Assembly: GCF_049317225.1 (NCBI RefSeq)
Contig: NZ_JBMOIR010000006.1
Location: 44,406 to 108,405 of the forward strand
Source: Aquabacterium sp.
GTDB lineage: Bacteria > Pseudomonadota > Gammaproteobacteria > Burkholderiales > Burkholderiaceae_C
Length of the DNA: 64,000 nucleotides
Direction: 5' to 3'
The translations under genes and the position numbers were made by a program. A model generated the notes under the pieces. That model was not told where the DNA came from. It was given only the letters and a program-made list of their open reading frames with translations, and searched no databases. Position 1 is the first letter of the stretch. Each line of letters opens with the position of its first letter. This document shows positions 9,817 through 18,667 of this stretch, in pieces.

Positions 9817-9843
9817 GAAAAAAGCCGCCCGAAGGCGGCTTTG
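9817..9843 (-). terminator. Rho-independent terminator of the first porin gene
   Basis: The minus strand reads AAAGCCGCC-TTCG-GGCGGCTTTTTTCATTC. Confidence 0.7.
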
Positions 9844-9868
9844 AGTTCAGACTCAAGCAGTTGCCTGA

Positions 9869-11197
9869 TCAGAACTGGTGGCGAACACCGATGGCCAGCA
9901 TACGGGTCGTGTTGCCGATGTTGGCGCCAGCGCCCGAGAAGAATGGTGTTTCTTGCGAACCCAGACCAGTCAAAGCAGGCAGAGGACCACCGTTCACGCC
10001 ATACCCCAGCGTGTTGAGTGTGGCGTTGCCAGTGTTGGCTTCCTTACCGGCATCATCCTTAGCAAAACCGAAACGCACGTAAACCTTGGTGCGCTTGGAG
10101 AAGTTGTAGTCACCGATCAGCATCAGGGCCGTGTCTTTGCCTTCTGAGAAGTTGGTGAACTTCGTCAGAGCATATTGAGCACCAACCGAGAAATCACCAA
10201 TCGGATGCTTCACGCCCAGACCCAGGGTGTTGGTCTTGATGTCGGAACCATCATCCATCTCGTACTTGCCAGAGTGGAAGATACCGGACACTTGCGTACC
10301 CAGACCAGGCACGGTGTACTTGGCACCAATCGCATAAGAAACATGCTTGTCCAGGTTGAACAATGCGGTGTACGTGCTGCTTGTCGCGTTGTACGAACCG
10401 GCCGTTGCATTGCCAAACTTGTTCATGTGGTACGAAGCGTTGACCAGCAGCGCATCGTTCACAGCATAGTTTGCGAACAAACCGATTGCCTGACCGCGAC
10501 CACCTTGATCAGCGGCTTCGGTACCAGCTGTAGCGCCGCCCAGGATTTGCCCGGTGGAGCTTGTCGAGGCAGGAGCGCGCATCGAAGAAATCTTGTCAGG
10601 CACACCAGCTTGAGGCGAGTACGACAGGGCAGCCGTCAAGCCACCGGTCTTCACCCAGTAGCTCATTTGGTTGTCTTGGCGGATTTGCAGGTTGTTGGTC
10701 ACCAGACCAAAGCCTTGCAGATCAGCGCCACCCAGCGCTTCTACCGTCGAAAACGCGAAGGTATAGAACATCGGGGCGTATTGGCGACCCAGGCGGATCT
10801 CACCGACTGGCGTGGTCAGGCCAACAAATGCTTGGCGCCCCCACATGCGGGAGTCTTGGCCGTTTTGAGCACCAGAATCGATACCCATTTGACCTTCCAG
10901 CACAAAGCTGGTCTTGTAACCGCCGCCGATATCCTCGGAGCCCTTCACACCGAAGGCGCTAGAGGAAGAGACGCTAGGAGTCACGCGCACGACGTGGCTT
11001 TCCGCACCCACGGCAGACACAGCCGAGGGATTCAACGACCACACGGTGCCGGCAATCTTGCCGGAGCCTTTGGTCGCGCTGTCAATGGCAACGTCCAAGT
11101 TACCGTACAAGGTGACGCTAGATTGGGCGAAGGCTGCACCGGCACCCATCGTGGCCAGAGCGATCGCAACTGCTTTGGTCAGTGCGGTTTTTTGCAT
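9869..11197 (-). CDS. Outer-membrane porin (Gram-negative general porin family), long form, about 442 aa
   Basis: The signal peptide is MQKTALTKAVAIALATMGAGAAFA, followed by the SSVTLYGNLD start typical of beta-proteobacterial porins. The C-terminus is ...AIGVRHQF (terminal Phe). I chose the ATG at 11197. Confidence 0.85.
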   Translation of the reverse strand: MQKTALTKAVAIALATMGAGAAFAQSSVTLYGNLDVAIDSATKGSGKIAGTVWSLNPSAVSAVGAESHVVRVTPSVSSSSAFGVKGSEDIGGGYKTSFVLEGQMGIDSGAQNGQDSRMWGRQAFVGLTTPVGEIRLGRQYAPMFYTFAFSTVEALGGADLQGFGLVTNNLQIRQDNQMSYWVKTGGLTAALSYSPQAGVPDKISSMRAPASTSSTGQILGGATAGTEAADQGGRGQAIGLFANYAVNDALLVNASYHMNKFGNATAGSYNATSSTYTALFNLDKHVSYAIGAKYTVPGLGTQVSGIFHSGKYEMDDGSDIKTNTLGLGVKHPIGDFSVGAQYALTKFTNFSEGKDTALMLIGDYNFSKRTKVYVRFGFAKDDAGKEANTGNATLNTLGYGVNGGPLPALTGLGSQETPFFSGAGANIGNTTRMLAIGVRHQF

Positions 11198-11350
11198 GCG
11201 AAATCTCCTAAACACCCCTCTGAATGAGGGTCCACGAAATAGTGCCCGTAGCCATTCAATCGACACACCCTCGTTTCTGCTAGGTTGTCGCAATTTGTCT
11301 ACACGTAAAGTCGCTGCATCGAGGGCATTGTTCGGGTCATGTGAGACGAA

Positions 11351-12775
11351 TCAAAACTGATGCCGCACCCCAACCGCGATCACCCGAGATGTCGCATCGA
11401 TGTTGGCACCACCTCCGGCGAAGAACGGCACTTCCGTTGAGCCAAAGCCGGTCAGGATCGGTACAGGCCCGCCAGTGACCGTCGGTGTGATCTCGCCAAT
11501 GGGGCCGGGATAGGTGTTCGTTTCCAGTCCGGCGGGGCGTCCGCCAAGGTCACGCAACCATCCCAGCCTGGCGTACAGCTTGGAGCGCTTGCTCAGGTTG
11601 TAGTCACCCGAGAACATGGCCGCCATGTCCTTGCCTTTGGTGAAATTGGTGAACTGGCCGTACGCCACCTCTGCACCCACGGCAAATTGCTGGATCGGCT
11701 GCTTCACACCAGCTGAAAACACGTTGATCTGAATGCTGGGCTGATTGCTGGATGCGTCGTTGCGGAACTTGCCATTCAGCATGTTCATCGCCCAAGTCGT
11801 ACCGACGATGGGATCGGTGTACTTGGCGCCAACGGCGACGGAATGGAATCGATCGAGGTCAACCAACCGCATGGCCGTCAACGCATCGACCACTTGCGCA
11901 TTGCCAAACTTGTTCGCATGCCACGCCGCCGTGACGTTCAAGGCAGGCGACAGGGCGTAGTTCACAAACAGGCCAGCTGTTTGACCTCGCCCACCTGTAC
12001 CGTTGCTCTCTGCCCCCGCAGAGGCACCACCGATAATCTGACCGTTGGCGCTGCCTGCGACGGCCGCAGGCGCTCGCGCGCTGCTGACACGGCTGTCAAC
12101 GCCCCCATTGGGGCTGGCCGCCACCGCAGCTGTCAGCGCCCCGCATTTCATCCAGTAGCTCACGGCGTTGTCCAAACGGTTTTGCAGCGAGTTCACCACC
12201 ATGCCAAAACCCATGAGATCGGACGCACCCAGAGCCTCGACCGTAGACATGGCGTAGGTGTAGAACATCGGCGCGTATTGGCGCCCCACGCGCACCTCAC
12301 CCACCGGCGTGGTTAGCCCAACATACGCCTGGCGCCCCCACATGCGGCTGTCTTGGCCACCTTGGGCGCCTGTGTCGGTGTTGAACTGCCCTTCCAGGAC
12401 GAAGGCCGTCTTGTAGCCCCCACCCAAGTCCTCTGCGCCTTGGATGCCCAATGCGTTTTGTGAGGCGATGCTGGGCGTGATGCGTGTGAGTGATGAGTGG
12501 TTGGCGTAGGCCGCCCGCAACTTGCCCGAGACCAACTGATAGGTGCCGGCGTAGTTGCCGCCTTGTGCGGCCGCTGCCGCTGCAGCCAGAGAGGGAACGA
12601 CAATGCTGAGATAGGTGTTGTCAGCGATGCCCCCCTGGCCCTTATGGACGTAGTCCACCGCCGCATCAACGTTGCCATACATGCTGAGCGCCGCATGCGC
12701 CGAGGATGCCATCCATCCAAGGATGAACAGGGCCAATGCGCCTCGAGCCGTGGGCGCTTGATACTTCTTTTGCAT
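11351..12775 (-). CDS. Outer-membrane porin paralog, long form, about 474 aa
   Basis: It is clearly paralogous to the previous porin (QDSRMWGRQAYVGLTTPVGEVRVGRQYAPMFYTYAMSTVEALG...) and ends ...AVGVRHQF. I chose the ATG at 12775. Confidence 0.85.
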   Translation of the reverse strand: MQKKYQAPTARGALALFILGWMASSAHAALSMYGNVDAAVDYVHKGQGGIADNTYLSIVVPSLAAAAAAAQGGNYAGTYQLVSGKLRAAYANHSSLTRITPSIASQNALGIQGAEDLGGGYKTAFVLEGQFNTDTGAQGGQDSRMWGRQAYVGLTTPVGEVRVGRQYAPMFYTYAMSTVEALGASDLMGFGMVVNSLQNRLDNAVSYWMKCGALTAAVAASPNGGVDSRVSSARAPAAVAGSANGQIIGGASAGAESNGTGGRGQTAGLFVNYALSPALNVTAAWHANKFGNAQVVDALTAMRLVDLDRFHSVAVGAKYTDPIVGTTWAMNMLNGKFRNDASSNQPSIQINVFSAGVKQPIQQFAVGAEVAYGQFTNFTKGKDMAAMFSGDYNLSKRSKLYARLGWLRDLGGRPAGLETNTYPGPIGEITPTVTGGPVPILTGFGSTEVPFFAGGGANIDATSRVIAVGVRHQF

Positions 12776-12900
12776 AAAACCTCCTGTTGCGTCCGAAGGT
12801 ACAACCCAAGACGCGTGGCGCCGGTTGTACCAGTGGATGCACGCGCAGCATCGTGGCTGTCGTGACCCAGAGACATCCAAACAGGTGGCTCAGAAAATGA

Positions 12901-12924
12901 AAAAGGGAGCCGAAGCTCCCTTTT
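12901..12924 (-). terminator. Rho-independent terminator of the third porin gene
   Basis: The hairpin is AAAAGGGAGC-CGAA-GCTCCCTTTT, and the minus strand continues with TTTTTCATTTTC. Confidence 0.7.
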
Positions 12925-12949
12925 GAACGTTGAAATTCGAAGGATCGAA

Positions 12950-14005
12950 TTAGAACGAGTGGCGAACGCCAGCTGCCACGGCACGGGCAGTCTTGCCGTT
13001 GGCAACGGCTGCACCGAAGTTGATGGCGGAACCAGTGTCGTTGTTCACGTTGGTGAACAGACCGTACAACGAGGTACGCTTGGACAGGTTGTACACGCCC
13101 TTGACGGTCACGATTTGCACGTCGGAGTCAATCTTGGTTGCCACAACGTTGCGAGCGATCGAAGCACCGGCCGTCAGCGTGAAGGCAGGAGACAGGGGCA
13201 CAGCAACCTTGGCGCCGGTCACAGTCAAACGACGCGAACCAGTGGCAGCAGCGCTCAGGTTGGTTTCGGTGTCGTAGTAAGCGGTGACCTTGGCCACGCC
13301 GAAGTCATAGCCAGCGTAGCCCAGCGTAGCGTTGGACTTTTGCTTGCTAGCAGCAGCTTGCTCGTCACGAGCCAGTTCGTAACCCACGCCAGCGGACAGA
13401 GGGCCAGCAGCGTACTTCACAGCCAGGCCATAAGCCTTGGATGCGGCGCCGTTGGCAGCATCGCCCACAGCTTCAGTACCAGTCGTTGCCGAGGCACCCA
13501 CAGCGGTGGTGTATTGCAGCGAAGCGGTCAGGCCAGGAATGACGGTTGGCAGGATGTAGGTGATGGCGTTGTCGGTACGACGATACAGATCGCCACCGCG
13601 GGTCTTCACAACCTTCAGGTCGTCATAGGCTTGGGCGCTCAGCACGTTGCCAGCGATGTCGCCGATCGGGGTGTCTTGACGACCCAGACGCACTTCGCCG
13701 AAACCGCCAGCCAGACCCACCCATGCGGCGCGGTCGAAGAAGCGGGTGTTGCCTTGAGCACCGGTGTCAACCTTGACGTTGGACTCCAGAACGAAGTTGG
13801 CCTTCAAGCCGCCGCCGATGTCTTCGGTGCCCTTGAAGCCGATGCGCGACGAAGACAGGTTGTCAGAGGCAACGCGAGTCAGCGTTTGAGTGCCCTTCAC
13901 GCTTTCAACGGAAGCGTCCAGCACGCCATACAGGGTGACGGAGGATTGAGCAAAAGCAGCAGAAGAGGCGGCGATAGCGGCCAGAGCCAGCAGAGTCTTT
14001 TTCAT
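12950..14005 (-). CDS. Outer-membrane porin, canonical length, about 351 aa
   Basis: The signal peptide is [19 protein letters not shown], followed by [10 protein letters not shown], and the C-terminus is ...AAGVRHSF. The ATG at 14005 has GGAG 6 nt upstream. Confidence 0.88.
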   Translation of the reverse strand: MKKTLLALAAIAASSAAFAQSSVTLYGVLDASVESVKGTQTLTRVASDNLSSSRIGFKGTEDIGGGLKANFVLESNVKVDTGAQGNTRFFDRAAWVGLAGGFGEVRLGRQDTPIGDIAGNVLSAQAYDDLKVVKTRGGDLYRRTDNAITYILPTVIPGLTASLQYTTAVGASATTGTEAVGDAANGAASKAYGLAVKYAAGPLSAGVGYELARDEQAAASKQKSNATLGYAGYDFGVAKVTAYYDTETNLSAAATGSRRLTVTGAKVAVPLSPAFTLTAGASIARNVVATKIDSDVQIVTVKGVYNLSKRTSLYGLFTNVNNDTGSAINFGAAVANGKTARAVAAGVRHSF

Positions 14006-14210
14006 GGACTTCTCCAAAGTTGATCCAGATGCTTCAGCGCTATCTGGTGTTTATATCTGCGCACACTTTTGGTGCAAGCAGAGCGCTGAGAACGTGCTCA
14101 TTGCAGCAGAAATTTATGAACCTGTTTATGACAGCGATGTCATAAGCACCAAACCGGGACTCATTTCGTTGTCATGTGGCAACACCCTCCTACGAAGAGA
14201 TAATGCTTGC

Positions 14211-15305
14211 ATGAGCATCCAAACCGACGATTTCAACCCTACTCGCAGAGGGAAAAAGGCCTCGACCGCCGAATTTGAGGACGCTTCGGCGTCACGGATG
14301 GTGGAGGCAACTGTGACATCTCAGGGCGAGGATGTGTTGGAGCGCGCCTTGCGGCCCAAGGATCTGGAAGAGTACGTCGGCCAGGAAAAAGCACGTGAGC
14401 AGTTGGAAATCTTCATTGGCGCGGCGCGTAAACGACAAGAAGCGCTGGATCACGTCCTGCTGTTTGGCCCCCCTGGACTGGGCAAAACCACGCTAAGTCA
14501 CATCATCGCAACGGAACTCGGCGTCAACCTGCGTCAGACCTCAGGCCCCGTGCTTGAGAAGCCAAAAGACCTTGCTGCCATCCTGACTAATCTTGAGCGC
14601 AACGATGTGCTGTTCATTGACGAGATTCACCGATTGAGTCCTGTCGTAGAAGAAATCCTCTACCCGGCGCTGGAGGACTATCAGATTGACATCATGATCG
14701 GCGAGGGGCCTGCTGCACGCTCGATCAAGCTGGACTTGCAGCCCTTCACGCTGGTTGGGGCCACGACACGGGCCGGCATGCTGACCAACCCTCTTCGGGA
14801 TCGTTTTGGCATCGTTGCCCGCCTGGAGTTTTACTCCGCGTCCGAATTGCAGAGAATCGTGACGCGATCAGCCAGATTACTGGGGGCGCCGATCGATCCT
14901 GATGGCGCCATGGAAGTGGCCAGGCGCTCACGCGGCACACCGCGGATCGCCAACCGATTGCTGCGCCGCGTACGAGACTATGCCGAAGTCAAAGGCACGG
15001 GACGCATCACCAAAGACATGGCCGACAAAGCTTTGGCCATGCTCGACGTCGACCCCGTTGGCTTTGACATCATGGATCGCAAACTTCTGGAGGCGATCAT
15101 CCACCGCTTTGATGGTGGCCCCGTTGGTCTGGACAATGTGGCAGCGGCCATTGGCGAAGAGCGCGACACGATTGAAGATGTGATCGAGCCTTACCTGATC
15201 CAGCAAGGCTACCTTCAACGCACGCCTAGAGGGCGCATTGCCACGGCGGCTGCGTACAGGCACCTTGGTTTGCTCGCACCACAAGGTGGCGACCTTCTGG
15301 GCTAA
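14211..15305 (+). CDS. ruvB: Holliday junction branch-migration helicase RuvB
   Basis: The Walker A motif GPPGLGKTT is present, followed by DEIHRL and [17 protein letters not shown] chose the internal ATG at 14211; the track ORF has a spurious 69-aa extension. Confidence 0.93.
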   Translation: MSIQTDDFNPTRRGKKASTAEFEDASASRMVEATVTSQGEDVLERALRPKDLEEYVGQEKAREQLEIFIGAARKRQEALDHVLLFGPPGLGKTTLSHIIATELGVNLRQTSGPVLEKPKDLAAILTNLERNDVLFIDEIHRLSPVVEEILYPALEDYQIDIMIGEGPAARSIKLDLQPFTLVGATTRAGMLTNPLRDRFGIVARLEFYSASELQRIVTRSARLLGAPIDPDGAMEVARRSRGTPRIANRLLRRVRDYAEVKGTGRITKDMADKALAMLDVDPVGFDIMDRKLLEAIIHRFDGGPVGLDNVAAAIGEERDTIEDVIEPYLIQQGYLQRTPRGRIATAAAYRHLGLLAPQGGDLLG

Positions 15306-15323
15306 GGACGGAAAGAGGCGGCC

Positions 15324-15563
15324 TTAGCGTCGACGCAGGAAGTGGGTGTATTCGTCACCCGCTTCTGTGTGGTGTGCCTGCTGGTCGAGCAGGTCATTGC
15401 CCGTCTGGCGAGCAAACGCCTGAAAGTCTCGGACAGAGCCGGGATCGGTTGCCAGCACCTTCAGCACCTCACCGCTCTGCATGTCTGAGAGCGCCTTTTT
15501 GGCTCGCAAGATAGGCAGTGGGCAAGTCAGGCCGCGTGCATCAATTTCTTTATGAGTGTCCAT
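15324..15563 (-). CDS. tusA: TusA/SirA-family sulfur carrier protein
   Basis: The 79-aa product contains the DARGLTCPLPILRAKKAL (CPxP) active-site motif. Confidence 0.8.
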   Translation of the reverse strand: MDTHKEIDARGLTCPLPILRAKKALSDMQSGEVLKVLATDPGSVRDFQAFARQTGNDLLDQQAHHTEAGDEYTHFLRRR

Positions 15564-15590
15564 GGCAGTACTGGCTGTGGGCGTTGATCG

Positions 15591-16493
15591 TCAGGCGGGG
15601 AAGACACCTGTGGAAAGATAGCGATCACCTCGGTCGCAAACCACAAACACGATGGTGGCGTTATGGAGATTCTGCGCCAATTGCAGAGCAGCCCAGCACG
15701 CTCCTGCCGCCGAGATGCCGCAGAAGAGGCCTTCTTCGCGTGCCAAACGTCGCGCCATTTCCTCGGCATCGACTTGGCTAACGTGAATCATCTCGTCCAC
15801 ACATGACGGGTCATAGATCTTGGGGAGGTAGGCCTCCGGCCACTTGCGAATGCCTGGAATGCGGGAGCCATCCTGCGGCTGTGCACCGACAACGCGAACG
15901 GACGGGCTTTGCTCTTTCAGAAATCGCGAGACGCCTGTGATTGTGCCGGTCGTCCCCATGGCACTCACAAAGTGAGTGATCTGCCCTCGCGTGTCAGCCC
16001 AAATCTCAGGCCCAGTGGTGTCGTAATGCACTGCGGGGTTGTCTTGGTTGGCAAACTGGTCCAGCACCACGCCCTTGCCCTCTCGCACCATTTGGTCGGC
16101 CAAATCACGCGCGTACTCCATGCCTCCGCTTTTTGGCGTGAGGATCAACTCAGCACCGTAGGCCTTCATGGTCTGAGCACGTTCGATGCTCAGATCTTCC
16201 GGCATGATCAACACCATTCTGTAGCCACGGATCGCTGCGGCCATGGCCAAGGCGATGCCCGTGTTACCAGATGTGGCCTCAATCAGGGTGTCACCCGGCT
16301 TGATCAGTCCACGCTCTTCCGCGCCCCGGATCATGTTGATGGCCGGACGATCTTTCACGGAGCCCGCGGGGTTATTACCCTCCAGCTTGGCCAGAATGAC
16401 ATTGCCGCGCGCATCACACTCGGCACCCGGCACACGCTGCAAACGGATGAGCGGCGTTTTGCCAATGGCGTCTTCGAGTGTTGGATAGATCAT
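15591..16493 (-). CDS. cysM: Cysteine synthase B (O-acetylserine sulfhydrylase)
   Basis: The 300-aa product has the PLP Lys motif NPAGSVKDRPA and the GNTGIALA and GTTGTITG loops. Confidence 0.88.
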   Translation of the reverse strand: MIYPTLEDAIGKTPLIRLQRVPGAECDARGNVILAKLEGNNPAGSVKDRPAINMIRGAEERGLIKPGDTLIEATSGNTGIALAMAAAIRGYRMVLIMPEDLSIERAQTMKAYGAELILTPKSGGMEYARDLADQMVREGKGVVLDQFANQDNPAVHYDTTGPEIWADTRGQITHFVSAMGTTGTITGVSRFLKEQSPSVRVVGAQPQDGSRIPGIRKWPEAYLPKIYDPSCVDEMIHVSQVDAEEMARRLAREEGLFCGISAAGACWAALQLAQNLHNATIVFVVCDRGDRYLSTGVFPA

Positions 16494-16510
16494 TGCAGCC
16501 TCGTTTCAGC

Positions 16511-16546
16511 AAATAAAAAACCCGCATCGTCAGGCGACGTGCGGGT
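16511..16546 (-). terminator. Terminator downstream of tRNA-Leu
   Basis: The minus strand reads ACCCGCACGTCGCCTGACGATGCGGGT, followed by TTTTTTATTT. Confidence 0.6.
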
Positions 16547-16569
16547 TACGGCTTACCTGAACGATCAGG

Positions 16570-16654
16570 TGGTGCCCCGGGACGGACTCGAACCGTCACT
16601 CCTTTCGGAACCGGATTTTGAATCCGGCGCGTCTACCAATTTCACCACCAGGGC
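16570..16654 (-). tRNA. tRNA-Leu (anticodon CAA)
   Basis: The minus strand reads GCCCTGGTGGTGAAATTGGTAGACGCGCCGGATTCAAAATCCGGTTCCGAAAGGAGTGACGGTTCGAGTCCGTCCCGGGGCACCA. It has a 7-bp acceptor stem, the anticodon loop TTCAAAA, a long variable arm, a GGTTCGAGTCC T-arm and an encoded CCA. Confidence 0.9.
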
Positions 16655-16687
16655 AGGTGCTTTGAAGACCAAAAGGATAGCACAAAC

Positions 16688-18469
16688 TTAGAAGGTCTCC
16701 CAATCACTGTCGTCAACTGCCGACGCTGGCTTGCTCGCAGGTGGGGCAGGAATGGCCGGCAAAGCTTTGTTCGCACTTGAAGTCGGCTTGCTCAGTTGCT
16801 TGGGGGCGGCGGACGGCTTGGGCGTTGTCAACGCCTTTGCTTTGCTTGCCTGCGCAGGCTGAGGCGCTGGCGCCGCCACACTCGCCTGGAGCGGCGTCAC
16901 AGATCGCGCCATGCTACCGTCATCTCGCACACGGAAGACAGCAACAGACTCTGCCAGTTTCTGCGCCTGGGATTTCAGGCTCTCAGCCGCAGCCATGCTC
17001 TCTTCCACCAAGGCTGCATTTTGTTGGGTGCTCTGATCCAGTTGGCTGACTGCTTGGTTAATTTGCCCGATGCCCTGACTCTGTTCGGTGCTGGCATGGG
17101 CGATCTCGCCCACCAAGTCGGTCACCTTGCGAACCTGCGTCACGATGTCACTCATGGTGTTGCCTGCAGCACCGACCAACTGGCTACCCGCATTGACCTT
17201 CTCAACAGAGTCATTGATGAGGGTTTTGATTTCACGGGCAGCTTGTGCGCTGCGCTGCGCCAAGGTGCGAACCTCGCCTGCCACGACCGCAAAGCCACGA
17301 CCTTGCTCGCCCGCTCTGGCTGCTTCGACGGCTGCGTTGAGCGCCAGGATATTGGTTTGAAACGCGATGCCGTCGATCACACCGATGATGTCCGAAATCT
17401 TTTGACTGGAAGACTGAATGCCATTCATGGTTTGCACCACTTCGCTGACCATGTCCCCTCCACGAGCAGCCACCTCGGACGCAGCAGATGCCAACTGGTT
17501 TGCCTGACGGGCATTGTCTGCATTGGTGCGAACGGTACCTGCCATTTCTTCGACCGAGGCAGCCGTCTGTTGCAGACTGGACGCCTGGCTTTCGGTGCGA
17601 GCACTCAAATCCGAGTTGCCCTGTGCGATCTGCGAGGATGCGGTGGCCACAGAGTCTGCCCCCGCACGAACTTGGCGAACCATGCCAGCCAAGTTGTCGA
17701 CCATGGTCGATAGCGCGCGCTGGATGTGCCCAATTTCATCTTGTCGATTGACGTCAATGCGCGAGGACAGATCACCCTGTGCGACCGCATTCAGCACCGT
17801 GACGGTTTGCTCCAACGGACGGGCAATTTGCCCCGCAATGGCCCATGCGACAACCAAGCCAATGGCAAAAACAGCCATTACGCCGATCATGCTGAACAAA
17901 AATGCCTTGTGGTACAAGTTGTCAGCGTGTTCGCTGGCTTGCATGCCACCTTTGACATTGAATTCCTGCAGGCGGTTGAGGGTTTCGATGATGCGCAGGT
18001 ATTCCTGATGCGTCGGGCCCGTCATCAGCACCCGAGCTTCGTCATTCTTGTTTTCCCGGGACAAGGACAACATCGACTGACTGACTTGCCAAAAACTTGC
18101 CCAAGCCGATTTGAAATCCTCCAGCAAGGCCTTGTCTTGCGGTGTGGTGGCAAATGCGGCATAGGCATCGATGCTCTTGCGCAAGTCATCAACCAAGCCA
18201 TTGATCTGTTGATCGTATTTCGCAATGTCACTGGCCTCGGTGGACAGAATGTGCTGCCCCTCGAAGCCTCGCACATCTCCCGCGGATGCCCGCATCTTGG
18301 CCACCAGCGCTTCGCTGGCCAACCAGTGATCCGATATCTCCTGAGACGCGTCGTTCACTGCAGACATGCTGCTCATGCTGACGAAGCCCAGCAGCGACAT
18401 GGCCATCAGAACGCCAGCAAATGCCAGCATCAGTTTGGATCGCAGTTTGAAGTTGGCAAACCAATGCAT
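16688..18469 (-). CDS. Methyl-accepting chemotaxis protein (4-helix-bundle sensor, HAMP, MA domain)
   Basis: The conserved signalling hairpin is ...IAFQTNILALNAAVEAARAGEQGRGFAVVAGEVRTLAQRSA... and the C-terminus is ...DDSDWETF. I chose the ATG at 18469 (MHWFANFKLRSKLML). Confidence 0.9.
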   Translation of the reverse strand: MHWFANFKLRSKLMLAFAGVLMAMSLLGFVSMSSMSAVNDASQEISDHWLASEALVAKMRASAGDVRGFEGQHILSTEASDIAKYDQQINGLVDDLRKSIDAYAAFATTPQDKALLEDFKSAWASFWQVSQSMLSLSRENKNDEARVLMTGPTHQEYLRIIETLNRLQEFNVKGGMQASEHADNLYHKAFLFSMIGVMAVFAIGLVVAWAIAGQIARPLEQTVTVLNAVAQGDLSSRIDVNRQDEIGHIQRALSTMVDNLAGMVRQVRAGADSVATASSQIAQGNSDLSARTESQASSLQQTAASVEEMAGTVRTNADNARQANQLASAASEVAARGGDMVSEVVQTMNGIQSSSQKISDIIGVIDGIAFQTNILALNAAVEAARAGEQGRGFAVVAGEVRTLAQRSAQAAREIKTLINDSVEKVNAGSQLVGAAGNTMSDIVTQVRKVTDLVGEIAHASTEQSQGIGQINQAVSQLDQSTQQNAALVEESMAAAESLKSQAQKLAESVAVFRVRDDGSMARSVTPLQASVAAPAPQPAQASKAKALTTPKPSAAPKQLSKPTSSANKALPAIPAPPASKPASAVDDSDWETF

Positions 18470-18528
18470 ACAAGCCTCACAAAGTAACGGGCATACGCCA
18501 GCACGACCGACGGCCGACTTCTTCACGC

Positions 18529-18556
18529 TTATCGGCCAGCAATGCAGCAACTTAAA
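18529..18556 (-). promoter_or_regulatory. Sigma28 (FliA)-type promoter for the MCP gene
   Basis: The minus strand reads TTTAAGTTG-N11-GCCGATAA, compared with the consensus TAAAGTTT-N11-GCCGATAA. The -10 element matches at 8/8 and the -35 element at 6/8. The promoter lies about 60 nt upstream of the chosen start. Confidence 0.55.
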
Positions 18557-18667
18557 CGATCATCAATCGATGAAATGCAAGAAATGCAACCGATCGACCA
18601 ATAATTCCGGAACCTTTGCCTAGTCTGGTGGTCGCTATGATGAGAACCTCAACTTGGACCACGCCGC

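Noticed and set aside
10175-14023. Long plus-strand ORFs of 350 aa (10175-11227), 157 aa and 366 aa (12923-14023) lie opposite the three porin genes.
   Set aside because: They are antisense artefacts. The minus-strand products have signal peptides, a beta-barrel pattern and a C-terminal Phe, while the plus-strand products are His/Arg/Gly/Gln-rich.
16570-16654. I checked tRNA-Leu as a possible genomic-island integration site, since the flanking MCP gene looks accessory.
   Set aside because: There is no integrase, no direct repeat of the tRNA 3' end nearby, and no compositional break that I can see. The neighbours (cysM, MCP, rhomboid) look native.
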